A DNA stretch of 17,152 bases from a candidate division WOR-3 bacterium (GTDB lineage Bacteria; Hydrothermota; Tepidihabitantia; Tepidihabitantales; Tepidihabitantaceae). The translations under genes were made by a program, and so were the position numbers. Below the pieces are notes generated by a model. It saw only the letters and a list, made by a program, of their open reading frames with translations. It was not told the DNA's origin and made no database searches. Within the stretch, counting starts at the first letter, position 1. Every line of letters begins with the position of its first letter. Below are positions 7,692 through 15,281 of this stretch, piece after piece. Location: contig CBFGIY010000054.1 of the NCBI GenBank assembly GCA_965648935.1, positions 1 to 17,152 on the forward strand, read 5' to 3'.

Positions 7692-9257
7692 TCAACGCGG
7701 TCCCGCAACACGGGAACCGACGCGCCAGCCGGTGTGTTTGATGCGGCCGTCAGTGATGGTCAGGGTCGCGGTCGGCTGGTCCCGGGTCGGTATCAGCCCG
7801 GGTGACCAGTAACCAAGCGTCCCGGAGTACCGGCCAGATATCAACTCGGCGTCATACCGGGTAATGTCAATGGTACCGTCCACGCCCACGTAACCCCTGA
7901 TGGCGTAGTACACCCGCGACTCGCGGTTGTCAATCAGGCAGAGGAATGCATCGTCGCAAGTCTGAATCTCGTAAGTGCCGCTGCCGGCAGGGCAGGCGAC
8001 CGTCACCTGCCAGCTCGGCTCTGAGTCGCCCGCGGCCACGACCGCTCCCTGCAGGTTCGCCTGACCGCCGGCGGTGGCGACCACCGCGCCGGCGCGAAAC
8101 GGCCTGCCGTCGCGCCGGCCGTCGAGCACGTGGCGCAGCATCACCAGCGTGTCGCCGCTCATCCGGAAGCTCGCATTGCGCCACATCACCGGGTCAGGGT
8201 CTGTGACACTACCGAGCAGCGCCAGCGCCTCCATCGGCACGCAGGTATCGGCCAGAGCGCCGATGAAGGTCGTGTCCAGGTTGTTGGCGAACATGTCGTG
8301 CACTGCCCAGTCGTAGCCGCAGAACAGGTCGGCGCCGGCATCGTGGAAAGCCTGCTCCAGTTCCGGGTTGGTCTGATAGGCGCTGAAGCAGGCCGCGATG
8401 TATGCGATTGTCTTCCAGTAGGGCTCGGAGTTCTCGAACCGGCCGTAGGCACGGACGAACTCCGGCAGAATCACCGGGTAGAACCGACGGCCGTGCGCGG
8501 CAAAAGCCAGGCGGGGCCCGGCGGGCCCCGACCGGGCATCGTCGCGAAACTCGGTGGCGATGGCAGCCGCCATCTCACCCTGCGAGTAGCCCCTGCCGGT
8601 CAGGAGCGCAGCGCAGGGCGGCGCTCCCAGGAAGGGGGAAACCAGACAGCCGTGCCCGGTCCAGAAGAAAAGCGAGCGGGCATCCCGCAATTGGGCCTTG
8701 ACGCGCTGAACCGTAACCGCAGTGTTGGTCCAGAACTCGGCCTGACGCAGGGCGTAGCAGCCCCGACACATCTCCCAGACATCATAGGTTTCAAGCGCGG
8801 TTCCCAGCAGTTCGTCAGCAAAGGGAGCGAAGATGCGCGGGCTGGGCGCGACGACGCCGCCACTGATGGCGACCGGCTGCCGGTCGAAGTCCGGACGGCG
8901 TCGGGCGGCAACCGGGCCGCGACCGGCGGTGGTATCGAATGTCCGCTCGCAGATGCCGGCCACCAGCCCGTTGCTGAAGATGACCCAGACCGTGCTGTCG
9001 GGCGAAATGGTCACGGTGTCAACTCCGGGCTGGCCGAGCAGGCTGGCCCGCGCCTCCTCGGCTGCGGTCGAGATGTCGCCGCCGGCCAATCTTTCCAGGT
9101 AGACGTCCTCAGCGGTCCGAAGCGCGCCGAGATTCCGTTCAACCGTTTGCTCATTCAGTGCGGTCCAGTCGATCGGCTGATGACAGGACAGCAGCAGCCC
9201 GAGCAGGACGAAGAGAACCGCCGCCATGCTGGCCGGTCGTTGTGTTGTATGATTCAC
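7692..9257 (-). CDS. Lipoprotein, 521 aa, with putative clan CD (caspase/gingipain-like) peptidase domain
   Basis: AGGAGG RBS at 9266-9271 and GTG start. Lipobox LLS-C at Cys25. Motifs FFWTGHG and IAYIAAC, followed by AFHDAGADLFCGY. The CDS is secure; the function is inferred. Confidence 0.8.
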   Translation of the reverse strand: MNHTTQRPASMAAVLFVLLGLLLSCHQPIDWTALNEQTVERNLGALRTAEDVYLERLAGGDISTAAEEARASLLGQPGVDTVTISPDSTVWVIFSNGLVAGICERTFDTTAGRGPVAARRRPDFDRQPVAISGGVVAPSPRIFAPFADELLGTALETYDVWEMCRGCYALRQAEFWTNTAVTVQRVKAQLRDARSLFFWTGHGCLVSPFLGAPPCAALLTGRGYSQGEMAAAIATEFRDDARSGPAGPRLAFAAHGRRFYPVILPEFVRAYGRFENSEPYWKTIAYIAACFSAYQTNPELEQAFHDAGADLFCGYDWAVHDMFANNLDTTFIGALADTCVPMEALALLGSVTDPDPVMWRNASFRMSGDTLVMLRHVLDGRRDGRPFRAGAVVATAGGQANLQGAVVAAGDSEPSWQVTVACPAGSGTYEIQTCDDAFLCLIDNRESRVYYAIRGYVGVDGTIDITRYDAELISGRYSGTLGYWSPGLIPTRDQPTATLTITDGRIKHTGWRVGSRVAGPR

Positions 9258-9449
9258 AGGTGATACCTCCTGGCGTTTCCGCTGATCACAGGCCCGGGCC
9301 GCGTCACGCCAAACTCAGCACCCAAGTCTACAGCGATCGGAATCACTTTTCCAGGACCTGATGTCATGCTGACGGCTGTCTGACTGGCGGCGGCCGCGCG
9401 CCTTCCATCTGCCGCCGACCCGCCCGGCTCGAACGGCCGCAGTTGACTA

Positions 9450-9556
9450 GATTCTGCGGCTGTCGTAGGCCCAATTGAGCAGGGCCTGGCGCTGGCGCGG
9501 CCGGCCGGCTCGGTGCGCCAGCAGACATGGCCCCTCTGCATCCTGTCGTTCGCGAC
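9450..9556 (+). repeat. Direct repeat copy B (107 bp), predicted long imperfect hairpin
   Basis: Same orientation as copy A. Contains the perfect inner stem GCTGGCGC/GCGCCAGC. Weaker homology extends left to about 9415. Confidence 0.93.
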
Positions 9557-9631
9557 GACACGCCTGCGGGTTCTGGTTCTGCCGGCCACGACGCAGGATA
9601 CCGCGCACCCGCCAGGCTCGCAACCCCAAAG

Positions 9632-9665
9632 AGCAAGAGGGGCGGCTTGCGCCGCCCCTCTTGCT
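9632..9665 (-). terminator. Terminator hairpin downstream of asnA
   Basis: Perfect 15-bp stem AGCAAGAGGGGCGGC with a GCAA tetraloop (minus strand), followed by CTTT, 14 nt after the asnA stop. Confidence 0.8.
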
Positions 9666-9679
9666 GATTCGATTCCGTG

Positions 9680-10882
9680 CTACTTGAGCACGAAGATGTT
9701 GTGCTTCTCGCAGATCCGGTGGAGCTGCTTCGGCCAGACGGTGACGGTGACTTCGCCGAAGTGCGCCTTGCGCAGCAGAAGCATCTGCAGCCGGCCCTGG
9801 CCGATGCCGCCGCCGATGGACAGCGGTATCTCGTCCCGCATGATCATGCGGTGATACGGCATCTTCAGCCGGTCGAGCTGGCCCGACAGCTTGAGCTGGA
9901 GCTTGAGGGTTTCCTTGGTCACCCGGATGCCCATCGAGGACAGCTCGTGGCGGCGCTTGGTGAGATGGTTCCACACGAGGATGTCGCCGTTGAGCCCGTG
10001 GGTGTCCTTGCCCGTCCACTTCGAGGTGTCGGTCACCCAGTCGTCGTAGTCGGCGGCGCGCATCTCGTGCGGGTAGCCGTCCTTCAGGACCCAGCCGATG
10101 CCGATGATGAAGACCGCGGGCGAGTAGTCGTTGAGGATGCGGGTCTCGCGCTGCTTGCGCGGCAGGTCCGGGTAGCGCTCGAGGATTTCCTCGGCGTGGA
10201 TGAAAACCAGTTCCTTGGGCAGGTTCGGGTAGCGCTTGTCCTTGAGCTGCGGGTACATGTCCTGGACATAGTCCTCAGCCCCGGTGATGACCTTCCAGAT
10301 CTTGCGGACGGTGTCCTTGAGATACTCAAGGTTGCGCTGTTCCGGCGTGATGACCTTCTCCCAGTCCCACTGGTCGACATAGGAGCTGTGGTCGTGGTCA
10401 AGGAAGTAGTCCTTGCGCACGGCGCGCATGTCGGTGTTGATGCCCTCCCCGACTTCGCAGCCGTACTGCTTCAGCGCCCACCGCTTCCACTTCGTCGCCG
10501 CCTGCACTATCTGGGCGTTGATGCGCGGCTTGATGCCCAGTCCGCAGGGGAAATCGATCGGGGTGCGCGAGCCGTCGCGGTCGAGGTTGTCGTTCATCCC
10601 GCTCTCTTTCTCGACGATGAGCGGGACCTGGACCATCTGCAGGTTGAGTTCCCTGGCCAGGCCGTCCTCGACATAGCGCTTGACCGCGTAGATCGCGCGC
10701 TGGGTTTCCTTGTTGTCGAGGATCGAGCGATAGCCCACCGGCAGGATCTTGTCGACCTGCGGGTAGGTGCTCATCCCGGGACCGGCGAGGTCGGCCGCCT
10801 TGCCGGTCTTGCCCGGCTTGACCACCGGCTTCGCTGTCTTCTTCGGCACCTTCTTGACCGGCGCCTTTTTCTTCAGTGCCAT
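9680..10882 (-). CDS. asnA: Aspartate--ammonia ligase (asparagine synthetase A), long form
   Basis: Motifs SGMNDNL, QAATKWKRWAL, HSSYVDQWDWEK, RAADYDDW, GLNGDILVW, ELSSMGIRV, SIGGGIGQGRL. AAGGAG RBS at 10891-10896. Confidence 0.96.
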   Translation of the reverse strand: MALKKKAPVKKVPKKTAKPVVKPGKTGKAADLAGPGMSTYPQVDKILPVGYRSILDNKETQRAIYAVKRYVEDGLARELNLQMVQVPLIVEKESGMNDNLDRDGSRTPIDFPCGLGIKPRINAQIVQAATKWKRWALKQYGCEVGEGINTDMRAVRKDYFLDHDHSSYVDQWDWEKVITPEQRNLEYLKDTVRKIWKVITGAEDYVQDMYPQLKDKRYPNLPKELVFIHAEEILERYPDLPRKQRETRILNDYSPAVFIIGIGWVLKDGYPHEMRAADYDDWVTDTSKWTGKDTHGLNGDILVWNHLTKRRHELSSMGIRVTKETLKLQLKLSGQLDRLKMPYHRMIMRDEIPLSIGGGIGQGRLQMLLLRKAHFGEVTVTVWPKQLHRICEKHNIFVLK

Positions 10883-10928
10883 CGGTTATGCTCCTTAAGA
10901 TTAGCTGATCAGGTCGGGGTCGGGGCAA

Positions 10929-10957
10929 AAGGTAGCCGCCCGACCCGCCCTTGTCAA
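10929..10957 (-). promoter_or_regulatory. sigma70-type promoter for asnA
   Basis: TTGACA-17 nt-TACCTT on the minus strand. Confidence 0.6.
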
Positions 10958-10974
10958 CCCTGTCCGGGCCGCGC

Positions 10975-12321
10975 CTAGTAGAGCGCGAGGTACTTGTCGA
11001 TTTCCCAGGGCGTCACCTGGAGCCGGGCCTCCTCGCACTCGCGGCGCTTGGCGTCGAGGAAGCGCTGGGCGATGTGCGGGCCGAGCGCGGCCTGGACAAC
11101 CTCGTCGCGCTCGAACTCGTCCAGCGCCTCGGCAAGCGACGCGGGCAGCGAGGCGATGGAGTTCTCGCGCCGCTGGGTGTCGTTGAGCAGGTAAAGATTC
11201 TCCTCGGCCGGGGCGGGCGGTTCGAGCTTGCGGCGGATGCCGTCCAGCCCGCACTTGAGCATCACCGCGAAGGCGAGGTAGGGATTGCACGACGGGTCGG
11301 GGCAGCGCAGTTCGGCGCGCACGGTCTCGGGCCGGCCCGGCGCGACCTGGGGGATGCGTATCAGCGCTGAGCGGTTGACCCGGCCCCAGGAGATGTAGAC
11401 CGGGGCCTCGTACCCGGGCACGAGCCGTTTGTAGGAGTTGACCAGCGGCGCGAGGACCGCGCACATCCCGCGGGCGTGCGCGAGCTGGCCGGCGATGAAG
11501 TGGCGGGCGACCGGGGAAAGGCCGTGTCTGTCGCGCGCGTCGCCGAACGCGTTGCGGCCGGTGCGGATGGAAAACAGGCTCTGATTGGTGTGCATTCCCG
11601 AGCCGTTGATGCCGTACACCGGCTTGGGCATGAAGGTGGCGTGGAGCCGGTGGCGCGCGGCCACGGTCTTGAGCGTCAGCTTGAACGTGACGGTGTTGTC
11701 GGCGGCGCGCAGGGCATCGTCGTAGCGGAAGTTTATCTCGTGCTGGCCGACCGCGACCTCGTGGTGCGACGCCTCGACGCGCATCCCGAACTCCTGGAGC
11801 GCGTTGACCATCTCCTTGCGCACGTGGTAGGCTTCGTCGGTCGAGTAGTCAAAGTAGCCGGCGCGGTCGTGGGGCAGTGGCTCGGGACCCTTGTCGCCGA
11901 TCTTGAACAGAAAGAACTCGCACTCGGGCGCGGTGATGTAGCGGTAGCCCATCGATTCGGCCTCGCGCAGCGCCTCAATGAGCACGCGGCGCGGGTCCCC
12001 GGCGAACGGCTTGCCGTCGGCGAGCACGTTGCAGATTACCCGGGCGGTCGCGTTGTCGCCGCGCTCCCAGGGGATGACGTTGAAGGTGCCGAGGTCGGGC
12101 TTCAGGTACATGTCGCTCTCTGCGATGCGGGCGAAGCCCTCGACCGACGAACCGTCGAACCACACCCCGCCGCGCAGCAGGTCCTCGAGCTGGCTGACCG
12201 GGACGGTGACGCTCTTGAGCATCCCCCAGATGTCGGTGAACTGAAGGTTGATGAAGCGGACGCGCTCGCGCTTCACCAGGCTGCGGATTGCTTCGGCCGC
12301 GGCGGACTTCTTCGGCGCCAT
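10975..12321 (-). CDS. glnA: Glutamine synthetase type I, alpha-like (448 aa)
   Basis: The likely start is ATG at 12321 (GGAGG RBS; MAPKKSAAAE), not 13953. Motifs FDGSS, ECEFFLF, HHEVAVGQHEI, ATFMPKP..GINGSGMH, NSYKRLVPGYEAP, NRSALIRIP, ELRCPDPSCNPYL. Lacks the ~25-aa GSI-beta insertion. Confidence 0.95.
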   Translation of the reverse strand: MAPKKSAAAEAIRSLVKRERVRFINLQFTDIWGMLKSVTVPVSQLEDLLRGGVWFDGSSVEGFARIAESDMYLKPDLGTFNVIPWERGDNATARVICNVLADGKPFAGDPRRVLIEALREAESMGYRYITAPECEFFLFKIGDKGPEPLPHDRAGYFDYSTDEAYHVRKEMVNALQEFGMRVEASHHEVAVGQHEINFRYDDALRAADNTVTFKLTLKTVAARHRLHATFMPKPVYGINGSGMHTNQSLFSIRTGRNAFGDARDRHGLSPVARHFIAGQLAHARGMCAVLAPLVNSYKRLVPGYEAPVYISWGRVNRSALIRIPQVAPGRPETVRAELRCPDPSCNPYLAFAVMLKCGLDGIRRKLEPPAPAEENLYLLNDTQRRENSIASLPASLAEALDEFERDEVVQAALGPHIAQRFLDAKRRECEEARLQVTPWEIDKYLALY

Positions 12322-12359
12322 GGGCTGCCTCCCTGGGGACGGTTTGCGAACCTGGCGAG

Positions 12360-12432
12360 AAGTTAGCCTGCCCGAGCCCGGCGTCAAGCCCGGGACCGGG
12401 CGGTTGACTTTTGCCGCGGCTTGGGCAAGCTT
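12360..12432. promoter_or_regulatory. Back-to-back sigma70-type promoters between the two glnA genes
   Basis: Minus strand: TTGACG (12382-87)-16 nt-TAACTT (12360-65). Plus strand: TTGACT (12404-09), then a weak -10 (CAAGCT/AAGCTT, 12426-32) 6-7 nt before GTG 12439. Confidence 0.5.
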
Positions 12433-12438
12433 ACAGCC

Positions 12439-13818
12439 GTGGAACGAATCGCCAGGACAATCACCGAGAAGAAAGTCAGGTTTTTTGACCTCAAGTACCC
12501 GGACCTCTTGGGCCGGCTGCACCACGTGACATTGCCGATCGAGCGGCTCGAGTCGGCCGTGGCCGACGGTATCGGGTTTGACAGCTCGTCCGTGCCGGGC
12601 TTCCGCGCGGTCGAGTCGGGTGACCTCGTGCTCAAGCCCGACCTCGACAGCGCGTTCATCGACCCGTTCTGCGCCGTGCCGACCGTGTCGTGCTTCGCCG
12701 GGATGTTCGACCCGCTGACCGGCGAACCTTACGAGCGCGACCCGCGCGCGGTGCTGGCGCGCGCCGTCGCCGAGCTGAAGCGCGCGGCCAGGGCGCCCGA
12801 GGTGCGCATCCTGCCCGAGTTCGAGTTCTACCTCTTCAACAACGTCTCTTTCACCAACGACGCGACCTCGTCGGTCTATCGCATCGAGAGCGACGAGCTG
12901 CGCCACGACGACCGCACCGGGCTGTCGCTTTACAAGGGCGTGGCCTACGAGGTGGCGCCGCCCTTCGACCGGTCCTCGGACTTCCGTTCCGAGCTGGCCG
13001 ACCTGATGGCCGCGTGCGGCCTGCCGGTGAAGTACCACCACCACGAGGGCGGCCGCTACTCGCAGGTCGAGGTCGAGCCGATGTTCATCCCGGTCGAGCG
13101 CGCCGGCGACGCGATAATGCTGACCAAGTACCTCGTGCGCAACCTCGCGTTCCGCCACGGCAAGACCGCGACTTTCATGCCCAAGCCGTTGCACGGCGAG
13201 CCGGGCTCGGGCCTGCACCTGCACATCTACTTCGCCGACGGCGAGCGGTCGCTGTTCGCCGACAAGTCCACCCCGACCGGGCTGTCGGCCCTGGCCGCTC
13301 ACTTCATCGGCGGGGTGATGGAGCACGCGCCCAGCCTGTGCGCGCTGACCAACCCCAGCACGAATTCCTATCGCCGGCTCACGCCCGGTTTCGAAGCGCC
13401 GGTCCTGGTGTTCTATTCCGTGGCCAACCGCACCGCGGCCATCCGCATCCCGGGCTACTCGGTCGCCTCGGGCAAGATGGCCATCGAGTACCGCATCCCC
13501 GACGCGACCGCCAACCCCTACCTCGGCCTTGCCGCGATCCTGATGGCCGGGCGCGACGGCATCGCGCGCAAAACCGACCCGGGCCCGCCCCTGGTCGGCC
13601 GCATCGAGTCCAGCGCCGAGGCGGCCGGGGCCAGGCAACTGCCCGCGTCGCTCGCGGCCGCGCTGCGGCAGCTCCGCGCCGACAGCGACTACCTGACCGT
13701 GGCCGATGTGTTCAGCGCGGGACTGCTCGACCGCTGGGTGGAGATGAAGGCGGTTGAGGTTGACGCCGTGGCCAAGCGGCCCCATCCCTGGGAGTACGAG
13801 CTCTACTACGGCTGCTAG
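12439..13818 (+). CDS. glnA: Glutamine synthetase type I, beta-like (about 459 aa)
   Basis: Motifs GIGFDSSS, PEFEFYLF followed by the beta-type insertion, HHHEGG..SQVE, ATFMPKP..GSGLHLH, NSYRRLTPGFEAP, NRTAAIRIP, IEYRIPDATANPYL, RPHPWEYELYY. Start chosen at GTG 12439; the track gives TTG 12421. Confidence 0.9.
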   Translation: MERIARTITEKKVRFFDLKYPDLLGRLHHVTLPIERLESAVADGIGFDSSSVPGFRAVESGDLVLKPDLDSAFIDPFCAVPTVSCFAGMFDPLTGEPYERDPRAVLARAVAELKRAARAPEVRILPEFEFYLFNNVSFTNDATSSVYRIESDELRHDDRTGLSLYKGVAYEVAPPFDRSSDFRSELADLMAACGLPVKYHHHEGGRYSQVEVEPMFIPVERAGDAIMLTKYLVRNLAFRHGKTATFMPKPLHGEPGSGLHLHIYFADGERSLFADKSTPTGLSALAAHFIGGVMEHAPSLCALTNPSTNSYRRLTPGFEAPVLVFYSVANRTAAIRIPGYSVASGKMAIEYRIPDATANPYLGLAAILMAGRDGIARKTDPGPPLVGRIESSAEAAGARQLPASLAAALRQLRADSDYLTVADVFSAGLLDRWVEMKAVEVDAVAKRPHPWEYELYYGC

Positions 13819-13842
13819 ACTGCGGCCCTGACCGTTTCGGAC

Positions 13843-13866
13843 AAAAAAAGAGCGGCCCGGAGCCAC
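13843..13866 (-). terminator. Possible weak terminator between convergent glnA and nuclease genes
   Basis: Minus strand GTGGCT-CCG-GGCCGC-TC-T7. The stem needs two G-U pairs. Confidence 0.3.
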
Positions 13867-14059
13867 GGCCGGCGCGCAGCCGGTACCCAAGACAATCGAT
13901 GTCGGACACTTGCCGGCGCGGCGCGAGTTGCGCTTGCGGAAAACGCGCGTCATCTGACCGTCCCCTGGACCGTTCCCCGGGCGGTGCCTGCTGTCCTGCG
14001 CGAAGGCGCGCTGCGGCCGGGCGGCAGGCCGACGAGGCGCTGTCTGCGCTGGCGCGGCT

Positions 14060-14782
14060 CTATGACCCGGACCCGGGCAGGAGCGCGAGCCCGGTCAGTC
14101 GCCGGACCGAATCGAGCGGCACGCGCCACGAATCAGCCCGCCGGTCAGCCGGCGGTCTGGGCACGTTGGGCACGAGCCAGGCAGTCGGCTGCCTCGGCCT
14201 CCTGCGGGCGCTCACCGCGTAGAACGCGTGGGGCACCGCCACGCGGCGATTGAGCCACTGCGTGTCGCGGCCGGCGAAGAACACCGGGCCGACAATCACC
14301 CAGGTGGTCTCGCCCGGGCCGGTCGTGCCGCGCACGAGGGCTTCGAGCTCGAGCCACGGCCCGCGATTGACCCGGCTGTACTGCGGAGTGATATTTGTCA
14401 AATAGTAGGTCTCGGCCTGCGCCGCCGCGCCGAACACCTTGAGCGAGGCGTCGGGCGCGAGGTGGCCCCGGTCAAAGCCGGAAAGGTCGCGCCGGTACGC
14501 CCCGCGGTAGTCGCCCGGTTCGGGCGAACGGCCGACACCGAGCCGCGGGTCGGCGCTGAAGCGGCCGCCGAACCGCGCGCGGCCCGACCCCCCCGGCGTG
14601 TAGAAGTAAGCGGCCCAGCGCGCGACCCGGAGCCGCGGCGAGTAGCCGCAATCGTACGCGGTGTTGCGCAGGAGCACGAGCCCGGTGTCGGCCGAGCGCG
14701 GCAGGCCCCAGGGATGGCGGCGCGCGCGCAGCGCCGCGGTGTCGGGCAGCGCGGCGACAAGCAGCGCGAGCAGCAGTCCCAC
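14060..14782 (-). CDS. Secreted DNA/RNA non-specific endonuclease (NucA/Serratia beta-beta-alpha-Me family)
   Basis: Hydrophobic N-terminus. Motifs FDRGHLAP, TYYLTNITPQYSRVNRGPWLELE, VIVGPVF, VAVPHAFY. Confidence 0.92.
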   Translation of the reverse strand: MGLLLALLVAALPDTAALRARRHPWGLPRSADTGLVLLRNTAYDCGYSPRLRVARWAAYFYTPGGSGRARFGGRFSADPRLGVGRSPEPGDYRGAYRRDLSGFDRGHLAPDASLKVFGAAAQAETYYLTNITPQYSRVNRGPWLELEALVRGTTGPGETTWVIVGPVFFAGRDTQWLNRRVAVPHAFYAVSARRRPRQPTAWLVPNVPRPPADRRADSWRVPLDSVRRLTGLALLPGSGS

Positions 14783-14787
14783 GGCGC

Positions 14788-14859
14788 AATCTAGCCGTGC
14801 GCGCGGGCCGAGTCAAGCCGCCGCAAGGTTTGACTTCGCGGCCCGGGCCGGGCTATGCT
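14788..14859. promoter_or_regulatory. Back-to-back sigma70-type promoters, both positioned for leaderless mRNAs
   Basis: Minus strand: TTGACT-17-TAGATT-5 nt-GTG (14782). Plus strand: TTGACT-18-TATGCT-5 nt-ATG (14865). Neither gene has an SD sequence. Confidence 0.7.
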
Positions 14860-14864
14860 GGGCA

Positions 14865-15281
14865 ATGGTGTACCGCGCGGAGTTGCGCATCGACACGGCC
14901 GGCTTCGGCGACGTGGTCAACGTGACCGACGCGCTGGCCGCGGCCGTGCGCGAGTCGGGCATCGCCGCCGGCATCGTCTGCGTCGCGAATCCCGGTTCGA
15001 CCGCGGGCCTGACGACGATCGAGTTCGAGCCGGGCGCGGTCGCGGACCTCAAAGCGGTGCTGGAGAGGCTCGCGCCGCAGGGCGCGCGTTACGAGCACGA
15101 CCGGGCCTGGGGCGACGGCAACGGCTTTGCCCACCTGCGCAGCGCACTGGTCGGCGCTTCGCTGTGCCTGCCGGTGGCCGATGGCCGGCCGGCCCTCGGG
15201 ACCTGGCAGCAGGTGGTGCTGTGCGACTTCGACAATCGGCCGCGCGCGCGGCGACTCATTGTCTGCGTTGTCGGTGAGTGA
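14865..15281 (+). CDS. yjbQ: YjbQ/UPF0047 family protein (secondary thiamine-phosphate synthase-like), 138 aa
   Basis: Start at ATG 14865 within track ORF 14661..15281. Motifs GSTAGLTTIE, YEHD..WGDGNGFAHLRSALVG, LGTWQQVVLCDFD. Confidence 0.92.
   Translation: MVYRAELRIDTAGFGDVVNVTDALAAAVRESGIAAGIVCVANPGSTAGLTTIEFEPGAVADLKAVLERLAPQGARYEHDRAWGDGNGFAHLRSALVGASLCLPVADGRPALGTWQQVVLCDFDNRPRARRLIVCVVGE

Noticed and set aside
7566..9556. Canonical integron attC sites or IS ends as the identity of the direct repeats
   Set aside because: No paired RYYYAAC/GTTRRRY cores are shared by both copies, and there is no integrase or transposase in the window. Kept only as an analogy.
12322..12438. GlnR/TnrA box, sigma54 promoter or glutamine riboswitch between the glnA genes; GTCAA...TTGAC as an operator
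   Set aside because: No TGTNA-N7-TNACA, no convincing TGGCAC-N5-TTGC and no glnA-motif sequence was seen. The inverted GTCAA/TTGAC is explained by two divergent -35 boxes.
10975..13953. Apparent 992-aa glutamine synthetase fusion
   Set aside because: The N-terminal ~540 codons are the antisense of the plus-strand glnA. An RBS and GS homology begin at ATG 12321.
13819..14059. 240-bp gap between convergent genes as a small gene or ncRNA (ORFs 13899..14222 and 13712..13909)
   Set aside because: The ORFs overlap real genes and lack an RBS or motifs. I found no convincing structure beyond a weak terminator.
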